DNA of 64,000 nucleotides from a virus. The stretch covers positions 10,267 to 74,266 of IMG/VR virus record IMGVR_UViG_3300020462_000003. One strand, given 5' to 3'. Below the pieces are notes generated by a model. The model was not told the origin of the DNA and ran no database searches. It saw only the letters and a list, made by a program, of their open reading frames with translations. This document shows, piece after piece, positions 27,576 to 38,016 of the stretch. Position 1 is the stretch's first letter; each line of letters begins with the position of its first letter. Made by a program: the position numbers and the translations under genes.

Positions 27576-29798
27576 TTAGGCGACCCCCTCACCCCCTTCC
27601 CAGTCGGATACGGTGTGTTGGAAGGTAGGCAGAGCCAGCGAGTTAGACACGTAGGAGCCAGGTACATCGAGTGTCATCACGCCGATATTTCCGGAGTGGA
27701 CGGTGCGTGAGTACATGTCCTGCGGCAATTCGCCCCATACGATCAAGGGCGTTTCAGCTACAAGTTCAAAAGGATCGATCAGGCTCTGGGTATCCAGCAG
27801 CTTGCGCATCTCCTCCAATTCAGCGACCTGAGTCTCCTTGAACAGCTCGAACTGCTGCAGCTCGTTGTTGTAGTCCTGGATCTGCCCTTGCTGGTGAACA
27901 CTCATGGCAGCCTTGCCCAAGCTGGTTCCCAACTTCACGAACACATTGGCCGTGGCTGATTTCACCGCCTCCACCGAGAGAGCACCTGCTTTGCCGATCG
28001 CCTGGTAACCCCCGTAGGCAATTGCAATGACAGCGATGACCATGGCCCATTCCGCACCGACTGCTTCAGCAAAGAGCTGAATGGCAGCAGAGATTGCAAA
28101 CTGAATGATGATGGTGGCAATGACCGCCATCGCCAGGTACACCGTACCTGCAGCTGCAATAGCCGCCCACATGGCAGCACCACCTGGCGGATAGATCACA
28201 GTCAGCACGATGGACACAATGATCATCACCCACTTGAACCAACCACTTTGATACCACTTGGTCTTGGTGGTGACTCGGGTGTTGAAGATGTTGTGCAACG
28301 ATCTTGTGTACAGGATCTCTTTATCAGGAAGGGAAAAGTGACTGGCCACTGACCGGTCCAGAGGCACCAACAACTTGTCGGAGGAGCCACTGGCAGAGGT
28401 CGAATAGTCTTTCCAGATAGCGTAGGTAGTCTTGAGGCCGTACACCTTAATCTCATCATAGAAGCCGCGTGCCACCTGCTTCTGATAGACGTGGCATCCG
28501 TCTCCCGATCCACCGGCATAGCCACCAACCTTGGCCACCGTTCCGGCTATGCGCTTTCGCGTCATTCCCTGGAAACGCAGAACCATGTGGAACTCCTTGT
28601 CCCGGAGGCTGATGGTTCGGCCTGTGGCTGGGTCATAACCAAGCGAGGATGCCAGGGCATTCAACGCGGACTGCGAGGCACCACTGCTTTGGTGATACAT
28701 CAGGCCGAAGTATTCGTAGAGATACTTACGATCCACCTCGTCTTCGCTGTTGGCTGCTACTGCCATGATGGTCATGGCCTGCTCTACATCATCGATCCCT
28801 GGGTTCTCGTGGATAGCAGTACCAAATTCCACGAAGTCGATCCCGAGGTACTTACACAGTTTGATCGAGGATACGTAAGCAGGATCACCTACTACGTTTT
28901 CGCTGACCCGACTTTGTTGATCGTGCCGGTAATAGATCCAAGGGAAGTATGTGCCCATCTCTGTGAAGGAGGTCTTGTAGATCGTGTCCACAGCCGGGTA
29001 TAGGCCGGACCCTTGCAGGTAACGCCAGTACTTGACCGCACCGCCCACTCGGTAACGAACATGGTGATAATCGCCGTCTTCGTCGGGATGGGTGTCAATA
29101 ACCGGAATGTCGAATGACCCCTGCTGCAGCACTTCATCTTTCAGGTAGACATAGAGAACTCGGACGTAATCCTGAGTCGCTTCCGTATCAACCTGATAAG
29201 GAGATGGCTTCACCAGGGTGTGAAGGGTCTCCGAACCCATAGCGACTCGTTCAGGGGTGTACCCTGCCGATGGAGCGTTGCCCCACACATCGAGCGTTCC
29301 TGGCTCGGCAGCATCGAGGGTGGCCTGCGTGTAGACCGCAATCATGTCCTGCAGGTACACCTTGGCTTCCAGCAGAGCACTGAGTGAGGTGATCTCATTA
29401 CTCGATACATCATACCCATGATCTGCAATCAAGGTCTGCCAGCCCACATGGATGTTGTTCAACGGACCAAAGTGGTAGTAATCCAGGGCGATGGGTTGCC
29501 CTTCGATATCTTCCAGTGTCTGGGTCACCACAACTTTCCCCTGAGTGGGGGAAATGCCGGTTGCCTGAGGAAGCCCGTAGAAGTAATCCCCTCGCTTGGC
29601 GAAGGCGTACATCCGTTCTGCCCGGACAGCCACACTCTCCACCATCTTGTTCAACAGGTGGTTGGAGATCCGATCGCCATCCTTGAGGATGTACTCGATC
29701 ACAGCCGACTTGGCTGATGCAGGTAGCTGGTTGTCCTCCACCATGCGCTGCACTTCGGTGTGTACCGTGGTCTTCTTCTTACTGCTGAACAGCCCCAT
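27576..29798 (-). CDS. structural protein (N4 gp53-like)
   Basis: MGLFSSKKKT start; KWYQSGWF followed by a hydrophobic segment; synteny. Confidence 0.75.
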   Translation of the reverse strand: MGLFSSKKKTTVHTEVQRMVEDNQLPASAKSAVIEYILKDGDRISNHLLNKMVESVAVRAERMYAFAKRGDYFYGLPQATGISPTQGKVVVTQTLEDIEGQPIALDYYHFGPLNNIHVGWQTLIADHGYDVSSNEITSLSALLEAKVYLQDMIAVYTQATLDAAEPGTLDVWGNAPSAGYTPERVAMGSETLHTLVKPSPYQVDTEATQDYVRVLYVYLKDEVLQQGSFDIPVIDTHPDEDGDYHHVRYRVGGAVKYWRYLQGSGLYPAVDTIYKTSFTEMGTYFPWIYYRHDQQSRVSENVVGDPAYVSSIKLCKYLGIDFVEFGTAIHENPGIDDVEQAMTIMAVAANSEDEVDRKYLYEYFGLMYHQSSGASQSALNALASSLGYDPATGRTISLRDKEFHMVLRFQGMTRKRIAGTVAKVGGYAGGSGDGCHVYQKQVARGFYDEIKVYGLKTTYAIWKDYSTSASGSSDKLLVPLDRSVASHFSLPDKEILYTRSLHNIFNTRVTTKTKWYQSGWFKWVMIIVSIVLTVIYPPGGAAMWAAIAAAGTVYLAMAVIATIIIQFAISAAIQLFAEAVGAEWAMVIAVIAIAYGGYQAIGKAGALSVEAVKSATANVFVKLGTSLGKAAMSVHQQGQIQDYNNELQQFELFKETQVAELEEMRKLLDTQSLIDPFELVAETPLIVWGELPQDMYSRTVHSGNIGVMTLDVPGSYVSNSLALPTFQHTVSDWEGGEGVA

Positions 29799-29807
29799 AC
29801 CAGCCTC

Positions 29808-29836
29808 CAAAAAGAAAGGGAGCCATAAGGCTCCCT
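29808..29836 (-). terminator. intrinsic terminator
   Basis: Minus strand: agggagcc ttat ggctccct ttcttttt. Confidence 0.7.
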
Positions 29837-29857
29837 GTTCTCACTACGCCTGTCGAA

Positions 29858-30487
29858 TCAGGCCTTGATACCTGCCAGTAACTTGCTTACTGCACGTCCA
29901 ATCGTGGCGTCGTTGAGCATGTTGGTCGAGTCAGCCACCGTGCCTTCATCCGTGGTTCGACGTACGTTCCAGGTGTCGATCAGGGTCTTGGCGGTCTTCT
30001 GCTCAGCATCCCGCTGGAAGCCATCAGTCTGAGCCTTGTACAGCAGCTTCTGACGGCCCACCACGCTGTCTTCGTCCACACCAGCACCCACGGTCTGGGC
30101 TTTCTCGGTGATCTTCTTCTGAGCCAGCAAGCCCGTCTCTTCAGTGGTCTTCAGGCGCTGTTCCAGCAACAGGTCGTACTCAGCCTTGAGCTTGCACACC
30201 TGTGCTTCGAGCACCCGATTCTCCACCTCGGCATTAAGGATCTGCTGGTTGATCAGACGAACCTCGGCATCCGCCTTGTCCTTCTGCAACAGGAACTGAA
30301 CGGATGTTTCCAGCACTTGGGTCAGCGAACCCAGGTAGACCTGGGCGTACTCCGCACCCTTGATGCGGTTGCGGGAGAACTCCTCATCCAGGTGTGCCCG
30401 GCTGGCTTTCATCAGCACATCGAATACACCAGAACCCGTCAGACGGGCATCGGTCAGGGCAGACAACGGAATCAGTGATGTACTCAT
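29858..30487 (-). CDS. structural protein (N4 gp54-like)
   Basis: GSGVFDVLM...RIKGAEYA; GRQKLLYKAQTDGFQRDAEQK. Confidence 0.75.
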   Translation of the reverse strand: MSTSLIPLSALTDARLTGSGVFDVLMKASRAHLDEEFSRNRIKGAEYAQVYLGSLTQVLETSVQFLLQKDKADAEVRLINQQILNAEVENRVLEAQVCKLKAEYDLLLEQRLKTTEETGLLAQKKITEKAQTVGAGVDEDSVVGRQKLLYKAQTDGFQRDAEQKTAKTLIDTWNVRRTTDEGTVADSTNMLNDATIGRAVSKLLAGIKA

Positions 30488-30508
30488 TGCACGCTCCAGG
30501 TACTTGGG

Positions 30509-31072
30509 TTACAGACCGCCAGCCATGGCCTGACGCTGAGCCAGATCCTTCAGTTCATCCTTGGTCAGTGCAGGCAGCACTTCCACCGCGAACTCACGGA
30601 TCAGCTTGCCCTTGCGGGTCTTGTTACCGCCCGGCAGGGTGATGGTCTGGAACACCTGGCACTGACGCTGGACGATCTGGTTGTAGATGATGCGTGGCAC
30701 ATGCCAGCCGTCATCAGCATTGAACGGAACGTACTTCTTGAAGGTGCCGACCGTGCTGTTGCCTACGGTGAAGATTTCGCCTTCCCATTCCTTCTTGGCG
30801 GGGTTCATACAGGTCACGCGAATACGCACAAGCTCACTGGCTTGCTTCTTCAGGCGCACGCGTTTCTGACCTTCGGTTTCTTTCTCGGCAGACGCTTCGC
30901 TCGAAGAGTCCGCAGCTGGCGCGTCGCCTTCGGCTAGCTTGGCTGCTACCTTCTCGCGCAGCCTGTCCGCTCCAATGGAGGGGTGATAGGAAATGCCCAG
31001 CAGATCAGCACGGGCTTTGAGGGTGGCGAGTTCGTCTTGGACGAGTACTTCTTCTTGATCCAACTCTTGCAT
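30509..31072 (-). CDS. conserved protein (N4 gp55-like)
   Basis: LKARADLLGISYHPSIG; LVRIRVTCMNPAK; synteny after the capsid gene. Confidence 0.75.
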   Translation of the reverse strand: MQELDQEEVLVQDELATLKARADLLGISYHPSIGADRLREKVAAKLAEGDAPAADSSSEASAEKETEGQKRVRLKKQASELVRIRVTCMNPAKKEWEGEIFTVGNSTVGTFKKYVPFNADDGWHVPRIIYNQIVQRQCQVFQTITLPGGNKTRKGKLIREFAVEVLPALTKDELKDLAQRQAMAGGL

Positions 31073-31094
31073 TGCAGATGCTCCGATTGATGAG

Positions 31095-31117
31095 AAAAGG
31101 GGCAGTTGCCTGCCCCT
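31095..31117 (-). terminator. terminator after the major capsid gene
   Basis: Minus strand: aggggcag gcaa ctgcccc tttt. Confidence 0.75.
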
Positions 31118-31132
31118 AGTTACCGCAGTGGA

Positions 31133-32302
31133 TTACAGCTTGGCGGCGGTCTTGATCAGACCGATACGCTCCGGACGCAGGACCATGAAGCCGTAGTACC
31201 ACTTGATCGACATGAAGCCGGTCTCGCCGTACGGGTCGTTGCGGTCAGCGGTCTGCTCACCTGGCTTCTTGTGGTAGATCTTGAACTTCACGGTTTTGCC
31301 ATCAGTCTGGAAACCGATGGTGGTGAAGGACTCGCTACCGATAACCAGCATCGGGAACACGTCGAACTTGTCGCCCGTGGTGTAGTGAGCAGCATCACCC
31401 GCAGCAGCTGCACCCGCACCCGCCCACTTCAGCATTTCCGGAACCACGACGATGCGGAACTGATCGATGGTGCCAATCTCGCCAGTCAGGGTCTGGCCAC
31501 CAGCGGCGTACTTCTCGATGGAGATGAAGGCCGGAGCGTTGTGCAGATCCTTCATGCCTTTCAGCGTCGGGATCAGTTCGGAACCGCAGTACAGAACACG
31601 GGCACCTTGGATGGTCGCGGTATCAACCATACGAGTACCGGTGATCATCTTGGTGTGCTTCGGCGTACGGTTGTTGTCCAGGTCAATGGACAGACGCATC
31701 AGGTCGCCGTAAGAGACCAGATCAGCCGCATCGACTTCCACGTCCTGAGTGGCGTTACCGGCGTAGCGAATCACACCCGCCGAGTTCAGGAGGTCGATCT
31801 GGAGAGCGTCCTCGTTGATCTCGTTGGCACCGTTGATCATCTCGCGGTTGATGTGCTGCATCAGCTCAGCATCGGTGTCGAAGTCCAGGGATTCCTGGGT
31901 GTACTCGTCGAAGAAGCCGAACTTCTCGAACGTGCCTTCGAGTTCCTTACGCTTGAAGCCAACACGGTTCACGCGACCACCGGTCTCGGAGAGAGCGGGT
32001 AGTTTCGCGGTGATGGTGCCCACGTCCTTGCTGGAGCCATACAGGTTACCGTTGGCGATGACCACACCAGCAGCATCGATGCCCTGGTCGTTGATGTTCG
32101 CGTCATCGAGCAGCGGCAGGTAGTGATAACGCTTGATCTTCTTACCCATGTTCTTGGGCATCGAAGTGGTATCAGCCAGCTGACTGAAGTACTGCTCTTT
32201 ACGAGCTTCGATCAGCGCCTGCTTGATGTAGTGGAACGTGTTGAACTGGTTGCCCATCGTCGATGGAGTACCGCCAGCTGGATCGTTGTATTGCATACCC
32301 AT
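31133..32302 (-). CDS. major capsid protein (N4 gp56-like)
   Basis: MPKNMGKKIK, GNLYGSSKD, GGRVNRVG, DPYGETGFMSIKWYYG. Confidence 0.93.
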   Translation of the reverse strand: MGMQYNDPAGGTPSTMGNQFNTFHYIKQALIEARKEQYFSQLADTTSMPKNMGKKIKRYHYLPLLDDANINDQGIDAAGVVIANGNLYGSSKDVGTITAKLPALSETGGRVNRVGFKRKELEGTFEKFGFFDEYTQESLDFDTDAELMQHINREMINGANEINEDALQIDLLNSAGVIRYAGNATQDVEVDAADLVSYGDLMRLSIDLDNNRTPKHTKMITGTRMVDTATIQGARVLYCGSELIPTLKGMKDLHNAPAFISIEKYAAGGQTLTGEIGTIDQFRIVVVPEMLKWAGAGAAAAGDAAHYTTGDKFDVFPMLVIGSESFTTIGFQTDGKTVKFKIYHKKPGEQTADRNDPYGETGFMSIKWYYGFMVLRPERIGLIKTAAKL

Positions 32303-32317
32303 GAGAACACCTCGTCG

Positions 32318-33481
32318 TTACATGTATTTGGGATTACCCAACTTGCTGAACTCTTCATCGCTCAGAGCCAGAGGATTGAACTCAGGCTGCTTGGCGACTG
32401 GAGCCGCAGGTTTTGGTGGGCTGGCAGCTCGCTTCTTGTCACGTAGGTCGGGTTCGGGAGCAACCACCGGTACAGGGACGGGTTCCTTAACGGGTACGGG
32501 TTCAGCCGGTACTTGTTGTTTGAACAAGTTGGCGAATCCATTACGCGCCTGGATAGCGTCACCGACTTGGCGATAAGCCTCGATATCCGACACACCATTC
32601 AAGCGTCCAAACATGCGTTCACGTTCGATCTCGCTACTGATCAGGTCATATACGCCACTGGCCATGTGGTCGTTAATCACTTTCAGAAGTTGGGGATTGT
32701 TCGCAACCACTTGTTTACTGGCAGCATCCCACTTGTTGCTAACGACGCTGACGGTCTTGGAGTACACCGGTGTGTCCTGGATTTCTTCCAGCACCGCGTC
32801 CAAATCCATCTCACGTTCATCGACAGTGTAAGTATTGGGTGCGTACTCATTCGCTTTTTCTACGTCTACATCCAGTGGATCAATACCACTGTCCTTGAGC
32901 AACTTCCCGATTGCGGCTGGGTTCTTTTTATCCAGATCAATCAGGAAGCCAAGTTTCTCTTCACTCAGGAGGTTATTGTTCTCCAGAAGTTTAAGCAATT
33001 TCAAATTCGGTTTCAGAGCAGCCATTTTCTTATTGTAATTGGCGCCCATCTGCATAAGAGCAACTGCATCGTCGACATTATCGACAACCATCTCTTTTCC
33101 GTTCGCCTTGAATGGCGCGAATAGTTTATCGACGATTGCTTTGTGATCGACCGGTTGTACCGGTTCATCTGCTGCCGGTTTGTCCTTGGACTCTTCTGTA
33201 GGTGCAGCTGGGACTTCTGGTTCCTTGCCGCTGACCGGCTCTTCTTCGTCGGTCGTGGTGTCCGGTTCTGGCTTGGGGTCTTGTTCAGTGCCCTGGTCAT
33301 CTTCGTCTTCCTCGGTAACAGGTGCAGCTGCCGGATCAACTACCGGGGCCTGAGGCTCAACAACAGCATTCAGATCCAGCTTGGCAAACTCCTCGTCACT
33401 CATATCGAGCACGTCGGAGTTCAGCTCTTCTTCCTGTTCCTGGTCGAGATCCAGGTCTTCTACATTGTCAGCAAGGCTCAT
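32318..33481 (-). CDS. N4 gp57-like protein (scaffold / 'tape measure' in N4 annotations)
   Basis: Acidic N-terminus; PFKANGK, LMQMGANY; MSDEEF repeated at both ends. Confidence 0.75.
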   Translation of the reverse strand: MSLADNVEDLDLDQEQEEELNSDVLDMSDEEFAKLDLNAVVEPQAPVVDPAAAPVTEEDEDDQGTEQDPKPEPDTTTDEEEPVSGKEPEVPAAPTEESKDKPAADEPVQPVDHKAIVDKLFAPFKANGKEMVVDNVDDAVALMQMGANYNKKMAALKPNLKLLKLLENNNLLSEEKLGFLIDLDKKNPAAIGKLLKDSGIDPLDVDVEKANEYAPNTYTVDEREMDLDAVLEEIQDTPVYSKTVSVVSNKWDAASKQVVANNPQLLKVINDHMASGVYDLISSEIERERMFGRLNGVSDIEAYRQVGDAIQARNGFANLFKQQVPAEPVPVKEPVPVPVVAPEPDLRDKKRAASPPKPAAPVAKQPEFNPLALSDEEFSKLGNPKYM

Positions 33482-33822
33482 TATTCAAGCTCCTCTTGAG
33501 CAAGTTCAGCGCGGAACTCTTCATCCGCTGCGAGTTGTTTGGTGGCTTGTTCGCAGAGGTGTTCCTGCACACGCAAGTAATCACTCAATCCGGAGATGGC
33601 ATCCATCTGTTTGATGATGGAGGCTTGGCTCTCGGCAGACTGCATGTTCGGGTCTGCCCGTAGATGGACAAGACGGACAGCTTCGCGCTCGAAGTAGCCT
33701 TTAAGGATTACTTCCTTGAAGTCCTTGTTAACCAACAGTCGAGCCAGTGCTTTACCCTGCTCAATTGTTTTACGGTTTGAACTGATGGCTGCGTCGAGTT
33801 GTTCAATGTGACCTTGGGACAT
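33481..33822 (-). CDS. N4 gp58-like protein
   Basis: NKDFKEVILKGYF; synteny between portal and gp57. Confidence 0.7.
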   Translation of the reverse strand: MSQGHIEQLDAAISSNRKTIEQGKALARLLVNKDFKEVILKGYFEREAVRLVHLRADPNMQSAESQASIIKQMDAISGLSDYLRVQEHLCEQATKQLAADEEFRAELAQEELE

Positions 33823-33921
33823 ATCTCTACCAGTGCTGTAGTAGTTAATAGGGATTAAACGATGCGGAACATAATACAAATCAACTAGAAAGGCACCACA
33901 GGTGTGGTGCCCTATTAACTA

Positions 33922-36066
33922 CTAGTTAGTTGTCGGCTTCTTCTGCTGAGCTTTCATGTGGTTATCCACCACTTTCAACTGCATCTGTGCCCTGGCTTGT
34001 GCGCCCTGTTTCTGCAAGTCACGTTCCTGTTTCACCCCAGACTCTTGTTCAACGAAGTCCAGGTTCTTCAGGTCAGCATCACTTTGAAGATGGGTGGCTT
34101 TAGCCCCTTCAGTTCCAACTTTGGCACCGGAGAGTTCTGCGTCAGCCTGCAACTTCATAGCCTTCGCCTGAAGTTCCATGACTTCCGCTTCCAACTTAGC
34201 CAGTTCCAGTTCCTGCATACGCTGAGCAATTGGATCAGGCTCAGGCTGGTACTCCTCGATCTGCTTGGCCAGATCAGGCATCTTCCGCAGGCGAGCAATG
34301 TCGGCCAGGATCATGCGACTCATCGCAGGGTCCATGTTGTTGCCCATGGTCTGCAGCATGAAGGCCAGTTCCTGTGCCTTGGCGTTGTCGTCTTCAGCCG
34401 TGGTGATGTTCAGACGCAGGTCGAAGTTACCGGCCAGGTCATCACGGCGAATCTCCACGAAGTCTTCTTCGGTGATCCGCACCACTTCCTGCTCCGAGAG
34501 CCATACCGCATTCATTGAGATGAACTTGCGGGCCACCTTGACCATGCCTGCAGCCAGGCGACGAAGGATGGCCAGCTCACGCTTGGATGCAGCGTCCAAT
34601 GCACCCCGGATACCAGCAGCCACTTCACCCAGAGAAGATCCAGAGATCCCTTGGTTGAATGCCTTCACACCGGTCAGTGATTCAGCCTCGAAGTTCTGCA
34701 GCTGCAGCATGAACTGAGCACTGGCGGGGATCTCCGGGAAGGTGTGCATGAACACGCCCTGGCGAGGATCGACGTTGGCATTGAACTCGTAGTCCTGGCC
34801 CTTCTCGTACTTGCGGCGGTTGGTTACATCGAGCATGTCTTTGCGCATGCCGGTCTGACCATTAGCACCCTTACCGAGAATGTCGATCATGCCGCGAGTC
34901 ACAGCACCGATGATCTTCTGGTTGTCTTCCAGCAGTGAACCATCTGGCTCACCGTAGATGCTCTTGCGCACCGGCAAGTAAGGGACCACAACGAAGGGAA
35001 GTTTCTGATCCGGGAAGGGGTTCTCTTCCATGCGGATAAGGGTGTCGCCTACCCAAGCCACCACAATAGGCCGCACAATCCCAGTACCATCAATATCCCA
35101 AAATCCCCAATATTCATAAACAACAAACTTCTTACGGGGTTCGTCACTGAAGTTGAAATTCTTTGAATACTCGTTGGCCGTTGCATGGTCAGGTTCCCCC
35201 AAGATGGAATTTGAGGTGATATTGATCTGGTCCAGGTTCTTGTACCGATCCCCCTCCTTCTTCAACTGAGCCAGTGAAGATTCAAAGGAGTAGATAACAA
35301 AGCTGGCCTTGTCGATATCGCCCTGACACGTAGGGTCGATCATGACATTGCGGTAGTCGCAGACTTCCACAGTCGGATGGTTCTTGATCACCCGAGTCTT
35401 CTTGACTGGCTTGTGCCCCTTGACCACGGCTTCAACAGGTCGGCCATGTTGTTGGTACAACTGATGCGCCTGCTTAATCTCCGGTTCAACTTCCTGCTCG
35501 TATTGTTCAGGACTTTGCTGAACCATCTGATCCAGGTGCTGCATCATCGGAGCAGCTTCATCGCTGAAGACGTACTCCACATCAGGAACGATGGCGGTGT
35601 ACTCCTCTTCTTCAAAGCTCCAGCCGGTACGGAGTATAACGGTGCCTTCGTCCACTGCTGTTCGCACGAACTCGTCAATGAACGTCACCTTATCGATGCG
35701 CGTATTGAACTGGTTGTTCAGAATCAACTGGTTCTGTTGAGCCGCTTTCTTATCTTCCCAACTGACCGGACGCACACTGAATACATCGTCGGTACTGAGG
35801 AAAGGTTCGCTGAGTGCGGGATACCGCCACTCGGCTTGTTTACGAATGAGCTTGGGTACGATCTTGGAAGAACCTTCCGGCGTCTTGACCTGAGCCTTGC
35901 CGGTAACGTTCAAGTTATCCAGCCATTCACTGATCTGAGAAGTCTTGCTGTCGTGGTAGCTCTTGGCTTCCTGATAGTCCTGCTTCAAATCAAGGATAGA
36001 AGGTTCTTTGGCCCACTTTGTGAGCTTCTTAACTGCGGCAGTTGCTGCCACCAAATTGTCGGCCAT
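33922..36066 (-). CDS. portal protein (N4 gp59-like)
   Basis: KLTKWAKEPS, PKLIRKQAEWRY, YEYWG, EAESLTGVKAF; ~715 aa. Confidence 0.92.
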   Translation of the reverse strand: MADNLVAATAAVKKLTKWAKEPSILDLKQDYQEAKSYHDSKTSQISEWLDNLNVTGKAQVKTPEGSSKIVPKLIRKQAEWRYPALSEPFLSTDDVFSVRPVSWEDKKAAQQNQLILNNQFNTRIDKVTFIDEFVRTAVDEGTVILRTGWSFEEEEYTAIVPDVEYVFSDEAAPMMQHLDQMVQQSPEQYEQEVEPEIKQAHQLYQQHGRPVEAVVKGHKPVKKTRVIKNHPTVEVCDYRNVMIDPTCQGDIDKASFVIYSFESSLAQLKKEGDRYKNLDQINITSNSILGEPDHATANEYSKNFNFSDEPRKKFVVYEYWGFWDIDGTGIVRPIVVAWVGDTLIRMEENPFPDQKLPFVVVPYLPVRKSIYGEPDGSLLEDNQKIIGAVTRGMIDILGKGANGQTGMRKDMLDVTNRRKYEKGQDYEFNANVDPRQGVFMHTFPEIPASAQFMLQLQNFEAESLTGVKAFNQGISGSSLGEVAAGIRGALDAASKRELAILRRLAAGMVKVARKFISMNAVWLSEQEVVRITEEDFVEIRRDDLAGNFDLRLNITTAEDDNAKAQELAFMLQTMGNNMDPAMSRMILADIARLRKMPDLAKQIEEYQPEPDPIAQRMQELELAKLEAEVMELQAKAMKLQADAELSGAKVGTEGAKATHLQSDADLKNLDFVEQESGVKQERDLQKQGAQARAQMQLKVVDNHMKAQQKKPTTN

Positions 36067-36131
36067 ATCAAATCCCGAGGGTGGTAGATACAATGGCCGC
36101 ATCTTAACAACAAACTACTGGAGTACCTGAA

Positions 36132-36557
36132 ATGAATATCCAACCCCTGCACCCCAAATTCAAAGTTCCAACCAAAGGAACTGAACAGGCGGGTGCTTAT
36201 GATCTCTATATGCCTGAACCTGGTCACTGCGAGGGCGACAACTATGAAGTAAAGGTCAACCTGGGTTTCGCTGCCGAACTTCCAGCGGGGCATGTAGCCC
36301 TGCTACTTCCCCGTTCGGGTGTGGGCAGTAAGGTGGGACTGGAACTGAACAATACCTGTGGCGTAATCGATGCTGATTACCGAGGCCCTTGGTTTGCAAC
36401 GCTGCGAACCAAAGACGGTAATTTTTATTCATGGAATGCAGGCGATCGTCTGCTGCAGATGCTGATCGTTCCGGTTGCACAAGTTGAATTCAATGTTGTG
36501 GACGATCTGTCCGAAACTTCCCGTGGCACTGGTGGCCTTGGCTCAACTGGTAAGTGA
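36132..36557 (+). CDS. dut: trimeric dUTPase
   Basis: AGAYDL, PRSG, GVIDADYRG, GDRLLQ, RGTGGLGSTG. Confidence 0.95.
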   Translation: MNIQPLHPKFKVPTKGTEQAGAYDLYMPEPGHCEGDNYEVKVNLGFAAELPAGHVALLLPRSGVGSKVGLELNNTCGVIDADYRGPWFATLRTKDGNFYSWNAGDRLLQMLIVPVAQVEFNVVDDLSETSRGTGGLGSTGK

Positions 36558-36565
36558 GGTGTGCC

Positions 36566-36898
36566 ATGACGTGTGAACTCTTCCGTGTGGACTTCAAACG
36601 CAAGTTCCTCAAAGAGCGGACTACCCTTGGCAAGGATGCCCAGCCCTATGACCCACGGAAGTGTCCCGTCGTCAGCAACATCGTTGACCATGCGATGGTC
36701 ATGTTGAGTGAGGCTCATGAGCAATACGCTGACCCACGGCGTGCTGTGTTCCTGGTGGCCGATCCGCTGCATAACTTCAGTGCTGCCATGTTCGACACGG
36801 AGTTCTTGAGCACCACTGACGCCATCGAAAGTTTGGAAGCCACCCTCAACAAACTGTACGCCCTGCGTGAACACGAAGAGCAAGGAGAACCCGCATGA
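36566..36898 (+). CDS. hypothetical protein
   Basis: SD gaggt; coupled to the next ORF. Confidence 0.6.
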   Translation: MTCELFRVDFKRKFLKERTTLGKDAQPYDPRKCPVVSNIVDHAMVMLSEAHEQYADPRRAVFLVADPLHNFSAAMFDTEFLSTTDAIESLEATLNKLYALREHEEQGEPA

Positions 36899-37257
36899 AG
36901 TTCCGCAAAAAGCCTGTGGCAATTGAAGCGTCCCAGTGGTTCAAGAACGGCGACCACCCTCTTGACTACAGCCGCACACATGACGGACTGGAGAATGGGG
37001 AGCTTCGTCAGTTCCTTCCAGAAGAACGCAAGGCCAACGAGTGGGAAGGCGACATCGTTCGCTATTTCCGCTCACCGGAACTGCCTGGCAAACACGCATG
37101 CCAGCACTGCGGAAAGACAATGCACGAGCATGGTTGGATTGACACGCTTGAAGGGGGGCACATCGTCTGCCCAGGTGACTGGATCATCACTGGTGTGCAG
37201 GGGGAACTCTATCCCTGCAAGCCTGGTATCTTCGCAGCTACCTACGAAGCAGTGTGA
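36895..37257 (+). CDS. conserved phage protein (PGDWI/PGDYG-like family) with CxxC insertion
   Basis: KFRKKPVAIEA...TLEG...PGDWIITGVQGELYPCKPGIF. Confidence 0.75.
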   Translation: MKFRKKPVAIEASQWFKNGDHPLDYSRTHDGLENGELRQFLPEERKANEWEGDIVRYFRSPELPGKHACQHCGKTMHEHGWIDTLEGGHIVCPGDWIITGVQGELYPCKPGIFAATYEAV

Positions 37258-37264
37258 CAGAACA

Positions 37265-37292
37265 AGGCCCCAATCAAGGGGCCTTTTCTTTT
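37265..37292. terminator. terminator between convergent genes
   Basis: aaggcccc aatcaa ggggcctt ttctttt. Confidence 0.7.
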
Positions 37293-38016
37293 ACACCCAG
37301 CCGTTACGGTTGAACCGTGTGTTCCCTTCTCCCACATCCAGGCGATGACCCTGGTTGTCCAGCAGCTGACAGGCTGCCTCGAATTTCGCCGCGTAGTTGT
37401 TCCCCTCATGGAAATTACCACCGGCACCGATCGGGTTCATCACCCGGCTGGCCACGTAGAACAGCAACGCCTCCAGGTGGCTGTATGGCAGATCCACCTC
37501 GATCTCTGCCGGGTCGAACGAGTTGTCCTCCCGGATAAGCTGAGGGTGATTGGCCCGATACACCACATCCACCGTGTCACCTTTCAACAGCTCCGGCAGC
37601 ACCAACGTGTTCATGCTGACGGTGCGCACGTTGAGCGGGTGGCCATACCCCAGGTCACCAGCATTGAGCGCCAGCTCCTGGCCCGTGGCATCGAAGACGC
37701 GCTCGATCTTGAGCAGGTCATCCTCGAACGGCTGCAGCATGGAGTCATGGATGTACTTCTCCACGCCCCACGATTCCATGTTGCTCACAGCATGCTTTCT
37801 GCTGACGGTGTACGTCCGCAGTCCTGGCACCAGGTGCAGGGTGACTCGCCCTTCCTTGAGCAGGAAGCGCTTGTGCAGTTCGGTCAGCCCAAGGTTCACA
37901 TGGGTCAGGATCTCGTTCTGGTTGTCCTTGGTGATGCCCTGCTCCTCAGCACCGCCGATATGGAGCTGGCGTAGCTCGCCGTAGGTCAGGGCCTGGAATA
38001 CTTCAGTTAATTTCAT
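37291..38016 (-). CDS. head-tail adaptor/structural protein (N4 gp67-like)
   Basis: LTYGEL, NLGLTELHKRF, VYRANHP, RFNRNGWV; downstream of terminase. Confidence 0.75.
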   Translation of the reverse strand: MKLTEVFQALTYGELRQLHIGGAEEQGITKDNQNEILTHVNLGLTELHKRFLLKEGRVTLHLVPGLRTYTVSRKHAVSNMESWGVEKYIHDSMLQPFEDDLLKIERVFDATGQELALNAGDLGYGHPLNVRTVSMNTLVLPELLKGDTVDVVYRANHPQLIREDNSFDPAEIEVDLPYSHLEALLFYVASRVMNPIGAGGNFHEGNNYAAKFEAACQLLDNQGHRLDVGEGNTRFNRNGWV

